From assembly GCA_963711585.1 (NCBI GenBank), contig CAVQEU010000002.1, positions 175,711 to 239,710 on the forward strand: a stretch of 64,000 nt of DNA, in the 5' to 3' direction. The stretch comes from an uncultured Acidobacteriota bacterium. GTDB lineage: Bacteria > Acidobacteriota > Blastocatellia > Pyrinomonadales > Pyrinomonadaceae. Position 1 is the first letter of the stretch; each line of letters opens with the position of its first letter. The position numbers and the translations under genes are program-made. The notes beneath the pieces are model-generated. The model did not search any database. It was not told the origin of the DNA and saw only the letters and a program-made list of their open reading frames with translations. Shown piece by piece: positions 25,787 through 35,852 of this stretch.

Positions 25787-27442
25787 ATGAGTGCGAGTGC
25801 GAGTGCGGCGGCGGTGGAGCGGCCGACGTTGGAGATGTCCGGGCGGCGGCGTTGGGCCGTGACGGCGGGCGTGATGACGGGGATGTTTCTGGCGGCGCTG
25901 GAGGCGACCGTGGTCGGGACGGCGATGCCGACCGTCATCTCTTCGCTCGGCGGGTTGAATCATTATAGCTGGGTCTTCTCGGCCTACCTGATAACGTCCA
26001 CGGTGACTGTGCCAGTTTGGGGTAAGCTCTCAGACCTCTACGGGCGCAGGCTCTTTTACCAGATCGGCATCGCGGTCTTCCTCGCGGGCTCCGTGCTTTC
26101 GGGGATGTCCACCTCCATGGCGCAGTTGATCATCTTCCGCGCCATACAGGGGTTGGGCGCGGGCGCGCTCGTGCCGCTCGGCATGACGATCATCGGCGAC
26201 ATCTTCACGCTCGAAGAGCGCGCGCGCATGCAGGCGTTCTTCAGCGGCGTGTGGGGGCTCGCGAGCGTCATCGGCCCGGTCGTCGGCGGCTTCATCACTG
26301 ACCAGTTGTCCTGGCCCTGGGTCTTTTACATCAACCTGCCCGTGGGGCTCGCGGCCGCGCTCATCATCGGCCTCGCGCTCAAAGAGCCCAGGCGCACGAA
26401 GCGGCCCGTGATTGATTACGCGGGTGGGGCGCTCCTGATGGCGGCCATCACGCTCCTGATGCTCGCGCTCGTGGAAGGCGGGACGAGCCTCGCGACGCTT
26501 CTCGCGCCCGCGAACCTCGCGCTCTTCGCGGGGGCAGTCGCGTTGATGGCGCTCTTTGTCTGGGTGGAGCGACGCGCCGCGGACCCGATTGTTCCGTTCA
26601 AGCTCTTCCGCAACCGTGTGATCGCGGTCGCCGTCACGGCGGGGTTTCTGGCGGGCGTGGCGATGTTCGGCGCGATCTCTTTCATCCCGCTCTTCGCGCA
26701 GGGCGCGCTGGGCTCGACCGCGACCGAGGCCGGGTCGCTCTTGACGCCGCTCATGCTGAGCTGGGTTGGGATGTCCGTCATAGGCGGCCGCCTGCTGCTC
26801 AAGGTCGGATACCGCCCGACGTGCGTCGTCGGCTTCACACTTCTGACGCTCGGCTTCGTCCTGCTCTCGACCTTTCAACGCGAGACGGCGCGCGTCTGGC
26901 TCTACGTTGACCTGATACTAATCGGCGCGGGGTTGGGCCTCACGATGCTGACGCTGATCCTCGCGGTGCAGCAGGCCGTGTCGCGCGCGCAGTTGGGCGT
27001 GGCGACCTCGCTCAACCAGTTCGCGCGCTCAATCGGCGGCGCGGTCGGCGTCGCCGTGATGGGCGCGGTCCTTTCGGCGGGGCTCGCTTCGCAGTTGAGC
27101 GAAGTGGCGCGGACGGGGAACGCGGCGTTGACGCCCGAGCGTGCGGAGCAACTTGCGGCGAACCCGAACGCGTTGATTGACCCGCACGCGCAGGCTGAAC
27201 TCGCGCCCGGCACTCTGGACGCCCTGCGCGGGGCGATGGCCTCTGCGATTCACAGCGTCTTCTGGGTCGGGACCGTGGTCTCGGCGCTGGCGCTCTTAGT
27301 CTCGTTCTATCTGCCGCGCCGCGGCGACCCCGTAGTCGAAGAGCCGACAGAGGACACGTGCTGCGCGGAGACGGGCGAGCGCATGGTCATGGCAGAGATG
27401 ACCACCATTGACCCGGAGCATGAGCCGGTCGCGGCGGATTAG
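25787..27442 (+). CDS. MFS transporter, DHA2 (EmrB/QacA, 14-TMS) type
   Basis: 551 aa with ~14 hydrophobic segments. Motif A-like GKLSDLYGRR. Acidic cytoplasmic tail. Confidence 0.85.
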   Translation: MSASASAAAVERPTLEMSGRRRWAVTAGVMTGMFLAALEATVVGTAMPTVISSLGGLNHYSWVFSAYLITSTVTVPVWGKLSDLYGRRLFYQIGIAVFLAGSVLSGMSTSMAQLIIFRAIQGLGAGALVPLGMTIIGDIFTLEERARMQAFFSGVWGLASVIGPVVGGFITDQLSWPWVFYINLPVGLAAALIIGLALKEPRRTKRPVIDYAGGALLMAAITLLMLALVEGGTSLATLLAPANLALFAGAVALMALFVWVERRAADPIVPFKLFRNRVIAVAVTAGFLAGVAMFGAISFIPLFAQGALGSTATEAGSLLTPLMLSWVGMSVIGGRLLLKVGYRPTCVVGFTLLTLGFVLLSTFQRETARVWLYVDLILIGAGLGLTMLTLILAVQQAVSRAQLGVATSLNQFARSIGGAVGVAVMGAVLSAGLASQLSEVARTGNAALTPERAEQLAANPNALIDPHAQAELAPGTLDALRGAMASAIHSVFWVGTVVSALALLVSFYLPRRGDPVVEEPTEDTCCAETGERMVMAEMTTIDPEHEPVAAD

Positions 27443-27456
27443 AATTGAAGTGGAGT

Positions 27457-27536
27457 ATAACCGCGAAGAGACACGAAACGGCATGAAGTAAGGATTAACC
27501 TTACTTCATCCCGTTTCTTGTCTACTTCGCGGTTAT
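27457..27536. terminator. long imperfect hairpin between convergent genes (bidirectional terminator candidate)
   Basis: Stem blocks of 12, 7 and ~11 bp: ataaccgcgaag..gaaacgg.atgaagtaagg atta ccttacttcat.ccgtttc..cttcgcggttat. Confidence 0.5.
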
Positions 27537-27545
27537 GAAAGCTGC

Positions 27546-28289
27546 TCAGTCCAGGTGCTGTGCCAAAAGCCAGGGCATCAGGTCGCGCTCGCCGAGCGCG
27601 TTGAGCCAGACGCTGTGGCCTACGCCTTCGTACTCGTTATAGCGCACGCGGTTGCCCTCTACGTTCTTCAATGCCTCGACCATCTGGCGCGACTCGCTGA
27701 CGGGTACGATGGGGTCGTCGCTCCCGTGGAAGACCCAGACGGGCGTGGTCGCCACTTTGCGCGCGATGGGCGCGAAGCGGTCGCCGGACCTCAAGGGGCT
27801 TCCGCCGCAGATGGAGACGACGGCCGCGAACCTGGACGGGTGGGCAGCGGCCATGTGCCACGCGCCGAAGCCTCCCATGGAGACGCCCGTCAGGTAGACG
27901 CGTTTTGCATCCGCGCCAAACTCATGGGCCGTCTGCTCAAGCTCGGCCATCACCATCCGCTCCATCTCCGCCTCGTGCCAGAAGCGCCCACGGCTGCACT
28001 GCGGGAGCAAGACGACCGCCGGGATTTTTTCGAGATACTGACGCGCGAACGCAGCGGCCGCGCCCTTGACGGGAACGAACCCGCCCTCGCCGCGCTGGCC
28101 TATGCCGTGCAGGAAGAGAATCACGGGCACGTTCTGCTTCCCGCGCAAGTTCGAGGGGACGTAGACCTGGTAAGTGTACGACTTGTTACCGACGGACACG
28201 GTGCGCGTGAGAAGCCCTGTCTGTGCGTCTGCCGGCGCGCCCGTGTTGGTGACGGCGCCGAGTAAAAGTGAGAGTAAAAGAGCGTGCAT
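27546..28289 (-). CDS. secreted alpha/beta-hydrolase esterase
   Basis: Signal peptide. VILFLHGIGQRGEGG and nucleophile elbow GVSMGG. HG..D and GH near the C-terminus. Confidence 0.75.
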   Translation of the reverse strand: MHALLLSLLLGAVTNTGAPADAQTGLLTRTVSVGNKSYTYQVYVPSNLRGKQNVPVILFLHGIGQRGEGGFVPVKGAAAAFARQYLEKIPAVVLLPQCSRGRFWHEAEMERMVMAELEQTAHEFGADAKRVYLTGVSMGGFGAWHMAAAHPSRFAAVVSICGGSPLRSGDRFAPIARKVATTPVWVFHGSDDPIVPVSESRQMVEALKNVEGNRVRYNEYEGVGHSVWLNALGERDLMPWLLAQHLD

Positions 28290-28394
28290 TTGAAGATTAA
28301 TTCCTCCCCGATTTTGTAGTCTCGTTTAGAGGCGCGGCGGCTGTGAGGTGTTGCCTGATGAGGTGAAGTTGAGTTGACGGGGGCGCGCGGAAGG

Positions 28395-28955
28395 TCAGCG
28401 CTTTCGCCTGAGTATCGCGACGCGGTTGAGCGGCGAATCCTCGTCGTAGAACTCGTGGCTTTCGGGGAGCAGACGCACGCGCGTGACGCGAAATTCCCAG
28501 ACCTGATAAATCCACTCGTCCGGCTCGCCCGAGCTGTTGCGCATGTCGCGTGTGAGCCGCCTGCCCGTGAAGTAGCCTTCGGCGATGACGATCACGTTCC
28601 GGCTGGGGCGCGACAGGGGACGCGCGAAGCGCGGCTCGACCCAGGTGCTTCCGCCCGTCGTGGCTGTGCTGAGGCCGATGTAGTATTCCGGGCAGATGCA
28701 GCCCCAGCCCGCGGACTTGTGGACCAGGGGGAAGCTGACCCGCTCGGGCCGCCCGTTGCGCGAGCGGCGTGCGCGCAACGCCATCCAGCGCGCGACTTCG
28801 GGTGTGTTGTCGGCGTTGGGGCCGACCTGTGCGACGGCCGCCGCAGCGCCGAACGAGAAAAGGGCCGCCGCCACGAGCGACGCACACACGAGGAGGCGAA
28901 GCGCGCGACGCCGAGCTTTCTCAATCGTGAACTTCACAGGCTGTGCCATAACCAT
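28395..28955 (-). CDS. hypothetical exported protein
   Basis: ATG 28955 gives MVMAQPVKF..LLVCASLVAAALFSFGAAAAVAQ. The longer track ORF runs into repeat A4. Confidence 0.5.
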   Translation of the reverse strand: MVMAQPVKFTIEKARRRALRLLVCASLVAAALFSFGAAAAVAQVGPNADNTPEVARWMALRARRSRNGRPERVSFPLVHKSAGWGCICPEYYIGLSTATTGGSTWVEPRFARPLSRPSRNVIVIAEGYFTGRRLTRDMRNSSGEPDEWIYQVWEFRVTRVRLLPESHEFYDEDSPLNRVAILRRKR

Positions 28956-29006
28956 TCTTTCGCGAGGAGGCGGGGAGACGCGATTTGAGACGGCGCGTGA
29001 CTCATA

Positions 29007-29091
29007 CTTTTGCGCCTTTGCGCCTTTGCGTGAAATTTTCCTCACGCAAAGGCGCAAAGACGCAAAGGGGTTGAGTTTGGTTTTGAAATGG
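29007..29091. repeat. Family A octamer-arm hairpin with tail motif (copy A4)
   Basis: cttttgcgcctttgcgcctttgcgtga..tcacgcaaaggcgcaaagacgcaaaggggttgag + tttggttttgaaatgg. Confidence 0.9.
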
Positions 29092-29095
29092 TCAT

Positions 29096-30385
29096 TTAGA
29101 GCGCGTTGAGGAAGGCGACGAGGTCGGCTCGCTCTTCGTCGGTGAAACGGAAGCCGAAGTGTTTCTCGTAGTGGCGCACAGCGTCTTCGAGTGTGGCGGC
29201 GATGCCGTTATGAAAATAGGGCGCGCGCGCGGCGAGCCCGCGCAGCGTCGGCGTCTTGAAGAGTCCGAGGTCGTCCCACTTCCCCGTGATGTTGCCGAAA
29301 CCGGCGTCGGTCAACTGGCGCGTCTCGCCCGTGCGTTTGTTGCGGAAGGTGTAGAGCGGGAGGTCAGGGGTGCGCGCCGCGGCCGACGCGGTGTTGATGT
29401 CGAACATGGTGTTGTCGAAGCTGGTGCCGTTGTTGACGGAGTTGTGGCAGGCGATGCAGCTCTTGTGGCTGGGGTTCATGCTGTTGAAGACCGCCTGGCC
29501 GCGCGCTATCTGCGCGCGCAACGGGTTCGCGTCGCCCTTCCAGGCGTCGAAGAGGTTGAACTCGCCCTCGGTCTTCGTCATCTTCGACAACTCTTCGGGG
29601 CCGCCGCGCGCGCCGTCCGCGTCCAGACGCCCGACGCCCGAGACTGTGACCTGTGCCGTGAAGAGCGAGGTTTCGAAGTCGCCGATGTCGGCGACGACTT
29701 CGGGTGTGGGCGGCGGGCCGTGCATGGGGCCGGTCACGAGGCGGTTGGTCAGGTTGTCGAGCGCGGCGCGCTGCCCCTTGCCTATGTTGGAGGCGGCGTC
29801 CCAGTTGACCGTCACGCTGCCGACCGGAAAGTTGATCGTAGGCATGGAGCGCCGCCAGTGCACCAGCCGTCCGGTGTTCGCGTAGCCGTGCGGGTCTTCG
29901 ACCGCGATCAATTCCCACTCGGCGTCAGCCTTCGGCGGGCCGCCCCTGCGGAAGAGGCCGCGCGTGAGCATCATGCTGTAGGCAGCGCGCCGGGCCTCTA
30001 CTGTGGAGACATCCTTGTCAGGGTTGTTGGCGTCGAGCGAGCTGAAGACAGGGTGTGTGCCGTCCGTCTCGTCGAACAGGCGTTGCAGCGTCGCGGGCGT
30101 GATGCTCCAAGCCTCCTCCGGGATGTGACACGACGCGCAGCTCTGGCCGTCCTTGCCTTGCGTCTTGAAGAACTCGCCCGTGAGGGCGATTGAGCCGCGC
30201 GTGCTGAACGTCGCGGCCTCGCCGCCGGGATTCGGCAGCGGGTGGTTATTGGCGATGCTGCCCTGAAGCCGTGAGCTGGTCGGCGCGGCCGGCTTCGAGC
30301 GCTGACACGCCAGACCGAGTAGCGCAATCACCGCCGCCACAGTTCCTATCAGAAAACACAGACTCCACGAACCCCGTCTCTTCAT
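29096..30385 (-). CDS. di-haem cytochrome c peroxidase family protein
   Basis: Two CxxCH motifs (CASCH, CIACH). C-terminal FKTPTLRGLAARAPYFHNG..DLVAFLNAL is typical of the CCP/MauG family. Confidence 0.85.
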   Translation of the reverse strand: MKRRGSWSLCFLIGTVAAVIALLGLACQRSKPAAPTSSRLQGSIANNHPLPNPGGEAATFSTRGSIALTGEFFKTQGKDGQSCASCHIPEEAWSITPATLQRLFDETDGTHPVFSSLDANNPDKDVSTVEARRAAYSMMLTRGLFRRGGPPKADAEWELIAVEDPHGYANTGRLVHWRRSMPTINFPVGSVTVNWDAASNIGKGQRAALDNLTNRLVTGPMHGPPPTPEVVADIGDFETSLFTAQVTVSGVGRLDADGARGGPEELSKMTKTEGEFNLFDAWKGDANPLRAQIARGQAVFNSMNPSHKSCIACHNSVNNGTSFDNTMFDINTASAAARTPDLPLYTFRNKRTGETRQLTDAGFGNITGKWDDLGLFKTPTLRGLAARAPYFHNGIAATLEDAVRHYEKHFGFRFTDEERADLVAFLNAL

Positions 30386-30633
30386 CGTAACGTCCTCGTT
30401 TGAGTGTCAACCTTTTGTGTGCCAGCCCGCTTGCGGCAGGCAGCACTGACCCGGACGCATCGCGCAGCGGCCGTTTGCCATCGCAAACAGTTGTCATATT
30501 TCTGTCCCGTCCGTGGACAAGAATTGCTCGTTGAAGTTATAAAGCTAGATAGCAAGCCCCCAGTATACAAGCGCCCGAGCGATTTCGGATTGCGGATTTA
30601 GAAGAAAGCTCAAGAAATGTCTTAAACCCGACT

Positions 30634-30685
30634 CTTTTGCGCCTTTGCGTGAGATGTTTTGGTTTTCTCACGCAAAGGCGCAAAG
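30634..30685. repeat. Family A octamer-arm hairpin (copy A5)
   Basis: cttttgcgcctttgcgtgaga..tctcacgcaaaggcgcaaag. Confidence 0.85.
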
Positions 30686-30753
30686 AGGTGCTTGACGCTT
30701 TTTTTATACGCAGTCCGCGGTGGGCCAAATCAAGGGAGTTGACGACAAGGCTT

Positions 30754-32277
30754 ATGAGGAAGAGACCCGCGCAAGGAGCATCCAACGGTTCACAGGCCCA
30801 GACCCGTATGGGGACGGGGATCGAGGGGCTGGACAATATTCTGGAGGGCGGCTTCCCGGCCAACCGCATCTATCTCGTCGAAGGTGACCCCGGCACGGGC
30901 AAGACCACGCTCGCGCTCCAATTCCTGCTCGAAGGCGTGCGGCGCGGCGAGCCCGGCCTCTACGTCACCCTCTCCGAGACGAAAGAAGAACTGCTCTCGG
31001 TCGCGGAGTCGCACGGCTGGTCGCTCGACGGCTTCACCATCTACGAATTGCTGCCGACGGCGAGCAGCCTTAACCCCGAATCGCAGTACACCATCTTCCA
31101 CCCGTCGGAGATAGAACTCGGCGAGACGACCAACGCCGTGCTCGAAGAGGTCGAGCGCATCAAGCCGCGCCGCGTCGTCTTCGACTCACTGTCGGAGATG
31201 CGGCTCCTGGCGCACGACCCACTGCGTTTCCGCCGCCAGATACTCGCGCTCAAACAATACTTCGCCGGGCAAAAGAGCACCGTGCTGCTTTTGGACGACA
31301 AGGTCGCGGACGGGCGGGAGCTGCAAGTCCAGTCAATCGCGCACGGCGTCGTGGCGCTTGAGCACCTGGCCGTCGAGTACGGGGCCGAGCGCCGACGCCT
31401 GCGCGTCGTCAAGCTGCGCGGCGCGCGCTTCCGCGGCGGCTACCACGACTTCAACATAGAGACGGGCGGCGTCGTCGTCTTCCCGCGCCTCGTCGCGGCC
31501 GAGCACCGCCAGAAGTTTGATAAAGAGTCGGTCACGAGCGGCGTCCGCGAGTTGGACGCGCTCGTGGGCGGCGGGCTGGACCGCGGCACGAGCACGCTCA
31601 TCATCGGCCCGGCCGGCTCGGGCAAGTCAACGCTGGCCTCGCAGTTCGCCGCGTCGGCCGCCGAGCGCGGCGAACGCTCGGCCGTCTTCATCTTCGACGA
31701 AATCCGCGAGACCTACATCGGGCGGGCCGCGGGCATCGGAACCGATATGCAGGGCTATGTGGACGACGGGCGCATCACCCTCCAGCAAGTTGACCCCGCG
31801 GAGTTGACGCCGGGCGAGTTCGCTCATTCGGTGCGCAGGTGCGTGGACCGCGACGGCGCGCGCGTCGTGATTATTGACAGCCTCAACGGCTACCTCAACG
31901 CGATGCCGGAGGAACGCTTCCTGACCATACAGATGCACGAGCTGTTGACCTACCTGAATCAGCAGGGCGTCGTTACGCTCATCCTCATGGCGCAGCACGG
32001 CTTCCTCGGTTCGGCAATGGCGACGCCAGTGGACGTGAGCTACCTGGCCGACACCGTGCTGATGCTGCGCTACTTCGAGGCGGGCGGCGAGATTCGCCGC
32101 GCTCTCTCGGTCGTCAAGAAACGCACGGGCAGGCACGAGCGCGCGATCCGCGAACTGGAAATCTCTTCGGCCGGCATCCACGTCGGCGAGCCGCTGACCG
32201 ATTTTCAAGGGGTGATGACGGGCGTCCCTCTCTATAGCGGGACAAAAAACGCGACGGGCGAAAGGTCTGATGACTAA
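30754..32277 (+). CDS. KaiC-like double RecA-domain ATPase
   Basis: Two Walker A motifs (GDPGTGKTT, GPAGSGKST) and two Walker B-like motifs (VVFDSLSE, VVIIDSLNG). KaiC-like tail VVKKRTGRHERAIREL. Confidence 0.85.
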   Translation: MRKRPAQGASNGSQAQTRMGTGIEGLDNILEGGFPANRIYLVEGDPGTGKTTLALQFLLEGVRRGEPGLYVTLSETKEELLSVAESHGWSLDGFTIYELLPTASSLNPESQYTIFHPSEIELGETTNAVLEEVERIKPRRVVFDSLSEMRLLAHDPLRFRRQILALKQYFAGQKSTVLLLDDKVADGRELQVQSIAHGVVALEHLAVEYGAERRRLRVVKLRGARFRGGYHDFNIETGGVVVFPRLVAAEHRQKFDKESVTSGVRELDALVGGGLDRGTSTLIIGPAGSGKSTLASQFAASAAERGERSAVFIFDEIRETYIGRAAGIGTDMQGYVDDGRITLQQVDPAELTPGEFAHSVRRCVDRDGARVVIIDSLNGYLNAMPEERFLTIQMHELLTYLNQQGVVTLILMAQHGFLGSAMATPVDVSYLADTVLMLRYFEAGGEIRRALSVVKKRTGRHERAIRELEISSAGIHVGEPLTDFQGVMTGVPLYSGTKNATGERSDD

Positions 32278-34336
32278 GCCTGAGTCACAGGACAAACGGG
32301 ACCAGAGAATACTCATCCTCGCCCCGACGGGCAGGGACGCCGCGCTCACCGCGCGCTTCCTTGACGAGAGCGGCCTGCCGTGGGAAAACTTCGAGCACAT
32401 CGAGGAACTGTGCCAAAAGATGCTCGACGGCGCGGGGCTGGCCTTCCTCACAGGCGAGGCTCTGACGCCCGAAGCCATGCTGTGCCTGGGCGAGGCGTTG
32501 GCCGCGCAGCCGACCTGGTCCGACATCCCCGTCCTCGTCCTGACCAGCGGCGGCGGCGGCGAACCCCTCAACGCCGAAGAAATCGCGGCGCTCGGCGAGG
32601 CCGGCAACGTGACGCTCATCGAGCGGCCCGTGCGCGTGGCGACGCTTTTGAGCGCGTTCAAGTCCGCCCTGCATGCGCGCCGCCGCCAGTACGAGGTGCG
32701 CGATTATCTGGTCAAGGAAGAGGTCTCGAAGGAAGCGCTCAGGCGTAGCGAAGAGCGTCTGCGAGTCGCGCTCGACGCGGCCCGGCTCGGCGCGTGGCAA
32801 TTGGATTTGGCGACCGGCCAGATGAATTGCACCGCGCTCTGCAAAGAGCATTTCGGGCTGCCGGCGGACGCGGAGTTTTCCTACGACGTAGTGGTCTCGA
32901 CGATTCACCCGGAGGACCGCGCCCCGATGCGCGCGGCGGTCGAGCGCGCCTTGCGCGAGCGCGACATTTATAGGGCGGAATCTCGCGTCGTCCGGCCCGA
33001 CGGCAGTCTGCACTGGGTGCTGATGAGCGGGCGTGGCGATTACGGCGCTACAGGCGAGCCGCACAGCATGGCGGGCGTCACGCTCAACATCACGAACAGG
33101 AAGCTGGCCGAGCAGGAGCGCGAGCAGCTTTTGTTGAGGGAGCGCGCGGCGCGCGCCGAGGCCGAAGAGTCTAGCCGCCTGAAGGACGAATTCCTCGCCA
33201 CCGTCTCGCACGAATTGCGCACGCCGCTGACGGCCGTGCTCGGCTGGACGCACCTTCTGCGCGACGGGCGGCTGGACAAACAGGCCGCCGAGCGCGCGCT
33301 CGAAACGGTCGAGCGCAACGCCCACGCGCAGCAGCAACTCATCGAAGACCTGCTCGATGTCTCGCGCATCATCACCGGCAAGCTGCGCCTAGACGTGCGA
33401 CAAGTCGCGCCCGCCTCCTTCATCGAAGCCGCCATCGAGGCGGTGCTCCCGGCCGCGGAGGCCAAAGGCATCGTGCTTGAAAAATCGCTCCCGGCGGATG
33501 TAGCCGCGCTTTCGGGCGACCCCGCGCGGCTTCAGCAGGTGGTCTGGAACCTGATCTCGAACGCCATCAAGTTCACGCCGCCGGGCGGCCGCGTCCGCGT
33601 TCGTTTGGAGAGTGTGAAGTCGCACGTTGAGATTTCCGTGACCGACACGGGCGACGGCATCAGGCGAGAGTTTCTGCCTTACGTCTTCGACCGTTTCCGA
33701 CAGGCCGACGGGACGACAGCGCGCCGCTACGGCGGTTTGGGCCTGGGGCTCGCCATCGTGCGCCACCTCGTAGAGCTTCACGGCGGGACAGTCCGCGCCG
33801 AGAGCGCGGGCGAAGGGCAGGGCGCGACCTTCACCGTCAGTCTCCCGCTCGTCGCCGCGCAAAGATCGGAGGACGGCGACGGCAGCGGCGACGCCGCCGC
33901 TTCTGCTCACATCCCGGCCGTGGACTCGCGCCGAACGGTCGAGTGCCCGGACAATCTGGACGGCCTGAGGGTGCTCGTCGTGGACGACGAGGCCGACACG
34001 CTCGATTTGATTAAAGTCTTACTGGGCCAGTGCGGCGCGGAGGTCGCGACGGCCAAGTCCTCTGCCGAGGCCCTCGCCATGTTTGAAGAGGCCGCGCCCG
34101 ACGTGATTATTAGCGACATAGGGATGCCGGGCGAGGACGGCTACGAGTTGATTCGGAGAGTGAGGGAACTGCCGCCCGAGCGCGGCGGGCGCACCCCGGC
34201 GGTTGCGCTGACGGCTTACGCGCGCGCCGCAGACCGCCTGCGCGTCCTGCGCTCCGGCTACCAGATGCACGTGGCGAAGCCGGTCGAGCTGGCCGAGTTG
34301 GTCGCGGTCGTGGCGAACGTCGTCAGGCGCGTGTAG
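32270..34336 (+). CDS. hybrid sensor histidine kinase: pseudo-receiver - PAS - HisKA - HATPase_c - receiver
   Basis: ATG overlaps the KaiC-like stop by 8 nt. H-box SHELRTPLT plus N/G boxes. C-terminal REC (VLVVDDE..DVIISDIGMP..KP). The N-terminal REC-like fold lacks the acidic pocket. Confidence 0.9.
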   Translation: MTKPESQDKRDQRILILAPTGRDAALTARFLDESGLPWENFEHIEELCQKMLDGAGLAFLTGEALTPEAMLCLGEALAAQPTWSDIPVLVLTSGGGGEPLNAEEIAALGEAGNVTLIERPVRVATLLSAFKSALHARRRQYEVRDYLVKEEVSKEALRRSEERLRVALDAARLGAWQLDLATGQMNCTALCKEHFGLPADAEFSYDVVVSTIHPEDRAPMRAAVERALRERDIYRAESRVVRPDGSLHWVLMSGRGDYGATGEPHSMAGVTLNITNRKLAEQEREQLLLRERAARAEAEESSRLKDEFLATVSHELRTPLTAVLGWTHLLRDGRLDKQAAERALETVERNAHAQQQLIEDLLDVSRIITGKLRLDVRQVAPASFIEAAIEAVLPAAEAKGIVLEKSLPADVAALSGDPARLQQVVWNLISNAIKFTPPGGRVRVRLESVKSHVEISVTDTGDGIRREFLPYVFDRFRQADGTTARRYGGLGLGLAIVRHLVELHGGTVRAESAGEGQGATFTVSLPLVAAQRSEDGDGSGDAAASAHIPAVDSRRTVECPDNLDGLRVLVVDDEADTLDLIKVLLGQCGAEVATAKSSAEALAMFEEAAPDVIISDIGMPGEDGYELIRRVRELPPERGGRTPAVALTAYARAADRLRVLRSGYQMHVAKPVELAELVAVVANVVRRV

Positions 34337-34378
34337 CGTTCCTGAATGTGCCGTAGAGGAATCGGACCAGGGGTCAGG

Positions 34379-35530
34379 CTATTTGAACATGCGACTGATG
34401 GCGAAGACGGCGACGAGGCCCGTCAAAATCAGGCTGACGACGCCGAGCCCGTCCGTCTTCAATCCTTCTCGCCGGTCCATGTGACCGCGACGCAGGAAGA
34501 GCCAGCCTAGAAATATTCCGCCGAGCAGCCCGCCCAGGTGGGCCGCGTTATCTATAAAAGCGAATCCGATTAAACCGAATAAAGCGACGAAGCCGACGGC
34601 TTCGAGCAGGAGTTTGAAATACCTGATGGGGTATTTCTGCGGATACAAATAGGCCGCCGCGATGACGAAGCCCAGGTGTCCCATCAAGCCGCCGGACGCG
34701 CCGACGGACGTGGTGTTCGGGTATAAGAAGAGGCTGAAGACGCTCCCGCAGAGGGCGGAGAAGAGAAAGACCACGGGGATGAGCGCGCGGTGCGTGAGCC
34801 GCTCGACGATTGGCGCGAATTCAATCAGGAAGATAATGTTCAGCCAGAAGTGCGTGAAGTTGGCGTGCATCAACGTGCAGGTCAGAAGCCTCCAGTACTG
34901 GCCTTGCCAGACGGCCTGCTTGACGAGTCCCGCCGCGTTGACGGATTCTTTCTCGCCGTAAAATAACTGTGCCACTAAGACGATAACGATGAAGGCCGCG
35001 AGGAAGAAGGTGTAGACGGTAGCCCGCGCCTCTTTCACCCAGCGGCCGAAGCGCGCCATGTCTGCGGCGCGGCGCGCGTCCTCCTGCGTGTAATGCCTGG
35101 CGCGATAGAGTTCAAAGACTCCGCCGAGCACCGTCACGACCCCGATCACCAGGAAGAAGTTGCGCCAGATCATGTTGCCGCCGCCCAGCGCGAGCGCCAG
35201 CCCGCCACCGAAAACTAAAAAGCCCGCGCCCCAGTAGAGGGCTGTGCGTGCGTCTTTGAAGGCGCGACGTTTGAAAGCCGTCACGGTCAGAGGGACTTCT
35301 TCAGGCAAGACAGGACGCGTTGTCTCCGGCGTCCAGACCGATTCGATTTCGGGGACTCCGCGCTCGGCGACCGCCTCGACCAACTCTTCCGGGCTGCATC
35401 CTACGGCCTGGCCCTTCGACACGAAGCCGTAATCGCAGCCGGCAGGCTTCTCCCCGTCGGGGGCGGGTGGCTCCCACGGGCGCTCGCCCCGCATCTCCAC
35501 GTTGTCGGCAATCGTCCCAGGCTGAAACAT
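34379..35530 (-). CDS. rhomboid-family intramembrane serine protease with ~100-aa cytoplasmic N-terminal extension
   Basis: MHANFTHFWLNI (H..H..N) and GASGGLMG motifs, with a later AHLGGLL. Confidence 0.85.
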   Translation of the reverse strand: MFQPGTIADNVEMRGERPWEPPAPDGEKPAGCDYGFVSKGQAVGCSPEELVEAVAERGVPEIESVWTPETTRPVLPEEVPLTVTAFKRRAFKDARTALYWGAGFLVFGGGLALALGGGNMIWRNFFLVIGVVTVLGGVFELYRARHYTQEDARRAADMARFGRWVKEARATVYTFFLAAFIVIVLVAQLFYGEKESVNAAGLVKQAVWQGQYWRLLTCTLMHANFTHFWLNIIFLIEFAPIVERLTHRALIPVVFLFSALCGSVFSLFLYPNTTSVGASGGLMGHLGFVIAAAYLYPQKYPIRYFKLLLEAVGFVALFGLIGFAFIDNAAHLGGLLGGIFLGWLFLRRGHMDRREGLKTDGLGVVSLILTGLVAVFAISRMFK

Positions 35531-35793
35531 GAGGGGAATTTGTCTGCTCCGGGCCAGATGATTTCGAGAACGCCCACACAATGTAATTCGCGCCGCGCCG
35601 GTGTCAACCCCCGAAGGCGCACGGGCGAAGAAGCAGCGGACGCAAATTTGTTGTTGAAGCGCGTCGTTGCTTTATGATACAAAGCGCTTGATGTAAGCGA
35701 GGGAAATGGCCCGGCGAGGTTTTTAAGCCGCGACCCGTCATGCGCGTCGCTCTGAGGGGGTCAGTTTATGCAGCAGCAGGTGCAGGGAGTGCC

Positions 35794-35802
35794 GGGGGGG
35801 GG
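35794..35802 (+). repeat. G9 homopolymer tract (first)
   Basis: Counted from the sequence and consistent with track ORF 35768 (..VPGGGGE..). Confidence 0.95.
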
Positions 35803-35852
35803 CGGTGAGGCCCTGGCGAGGGGCGTCCCTCGTTTTAGTTTTCACCATGCTC

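Noticed and set aside
30637-30753. N-terminal extension of the KaiC-like ORF (MRLCVRCFGFLTQRRKE..)
   Set aside because: It is encoded by repeat A5, and the same LRLCV/RRK peptide artefact appears at other family-A copies. The real start is taken as ATG 30754.
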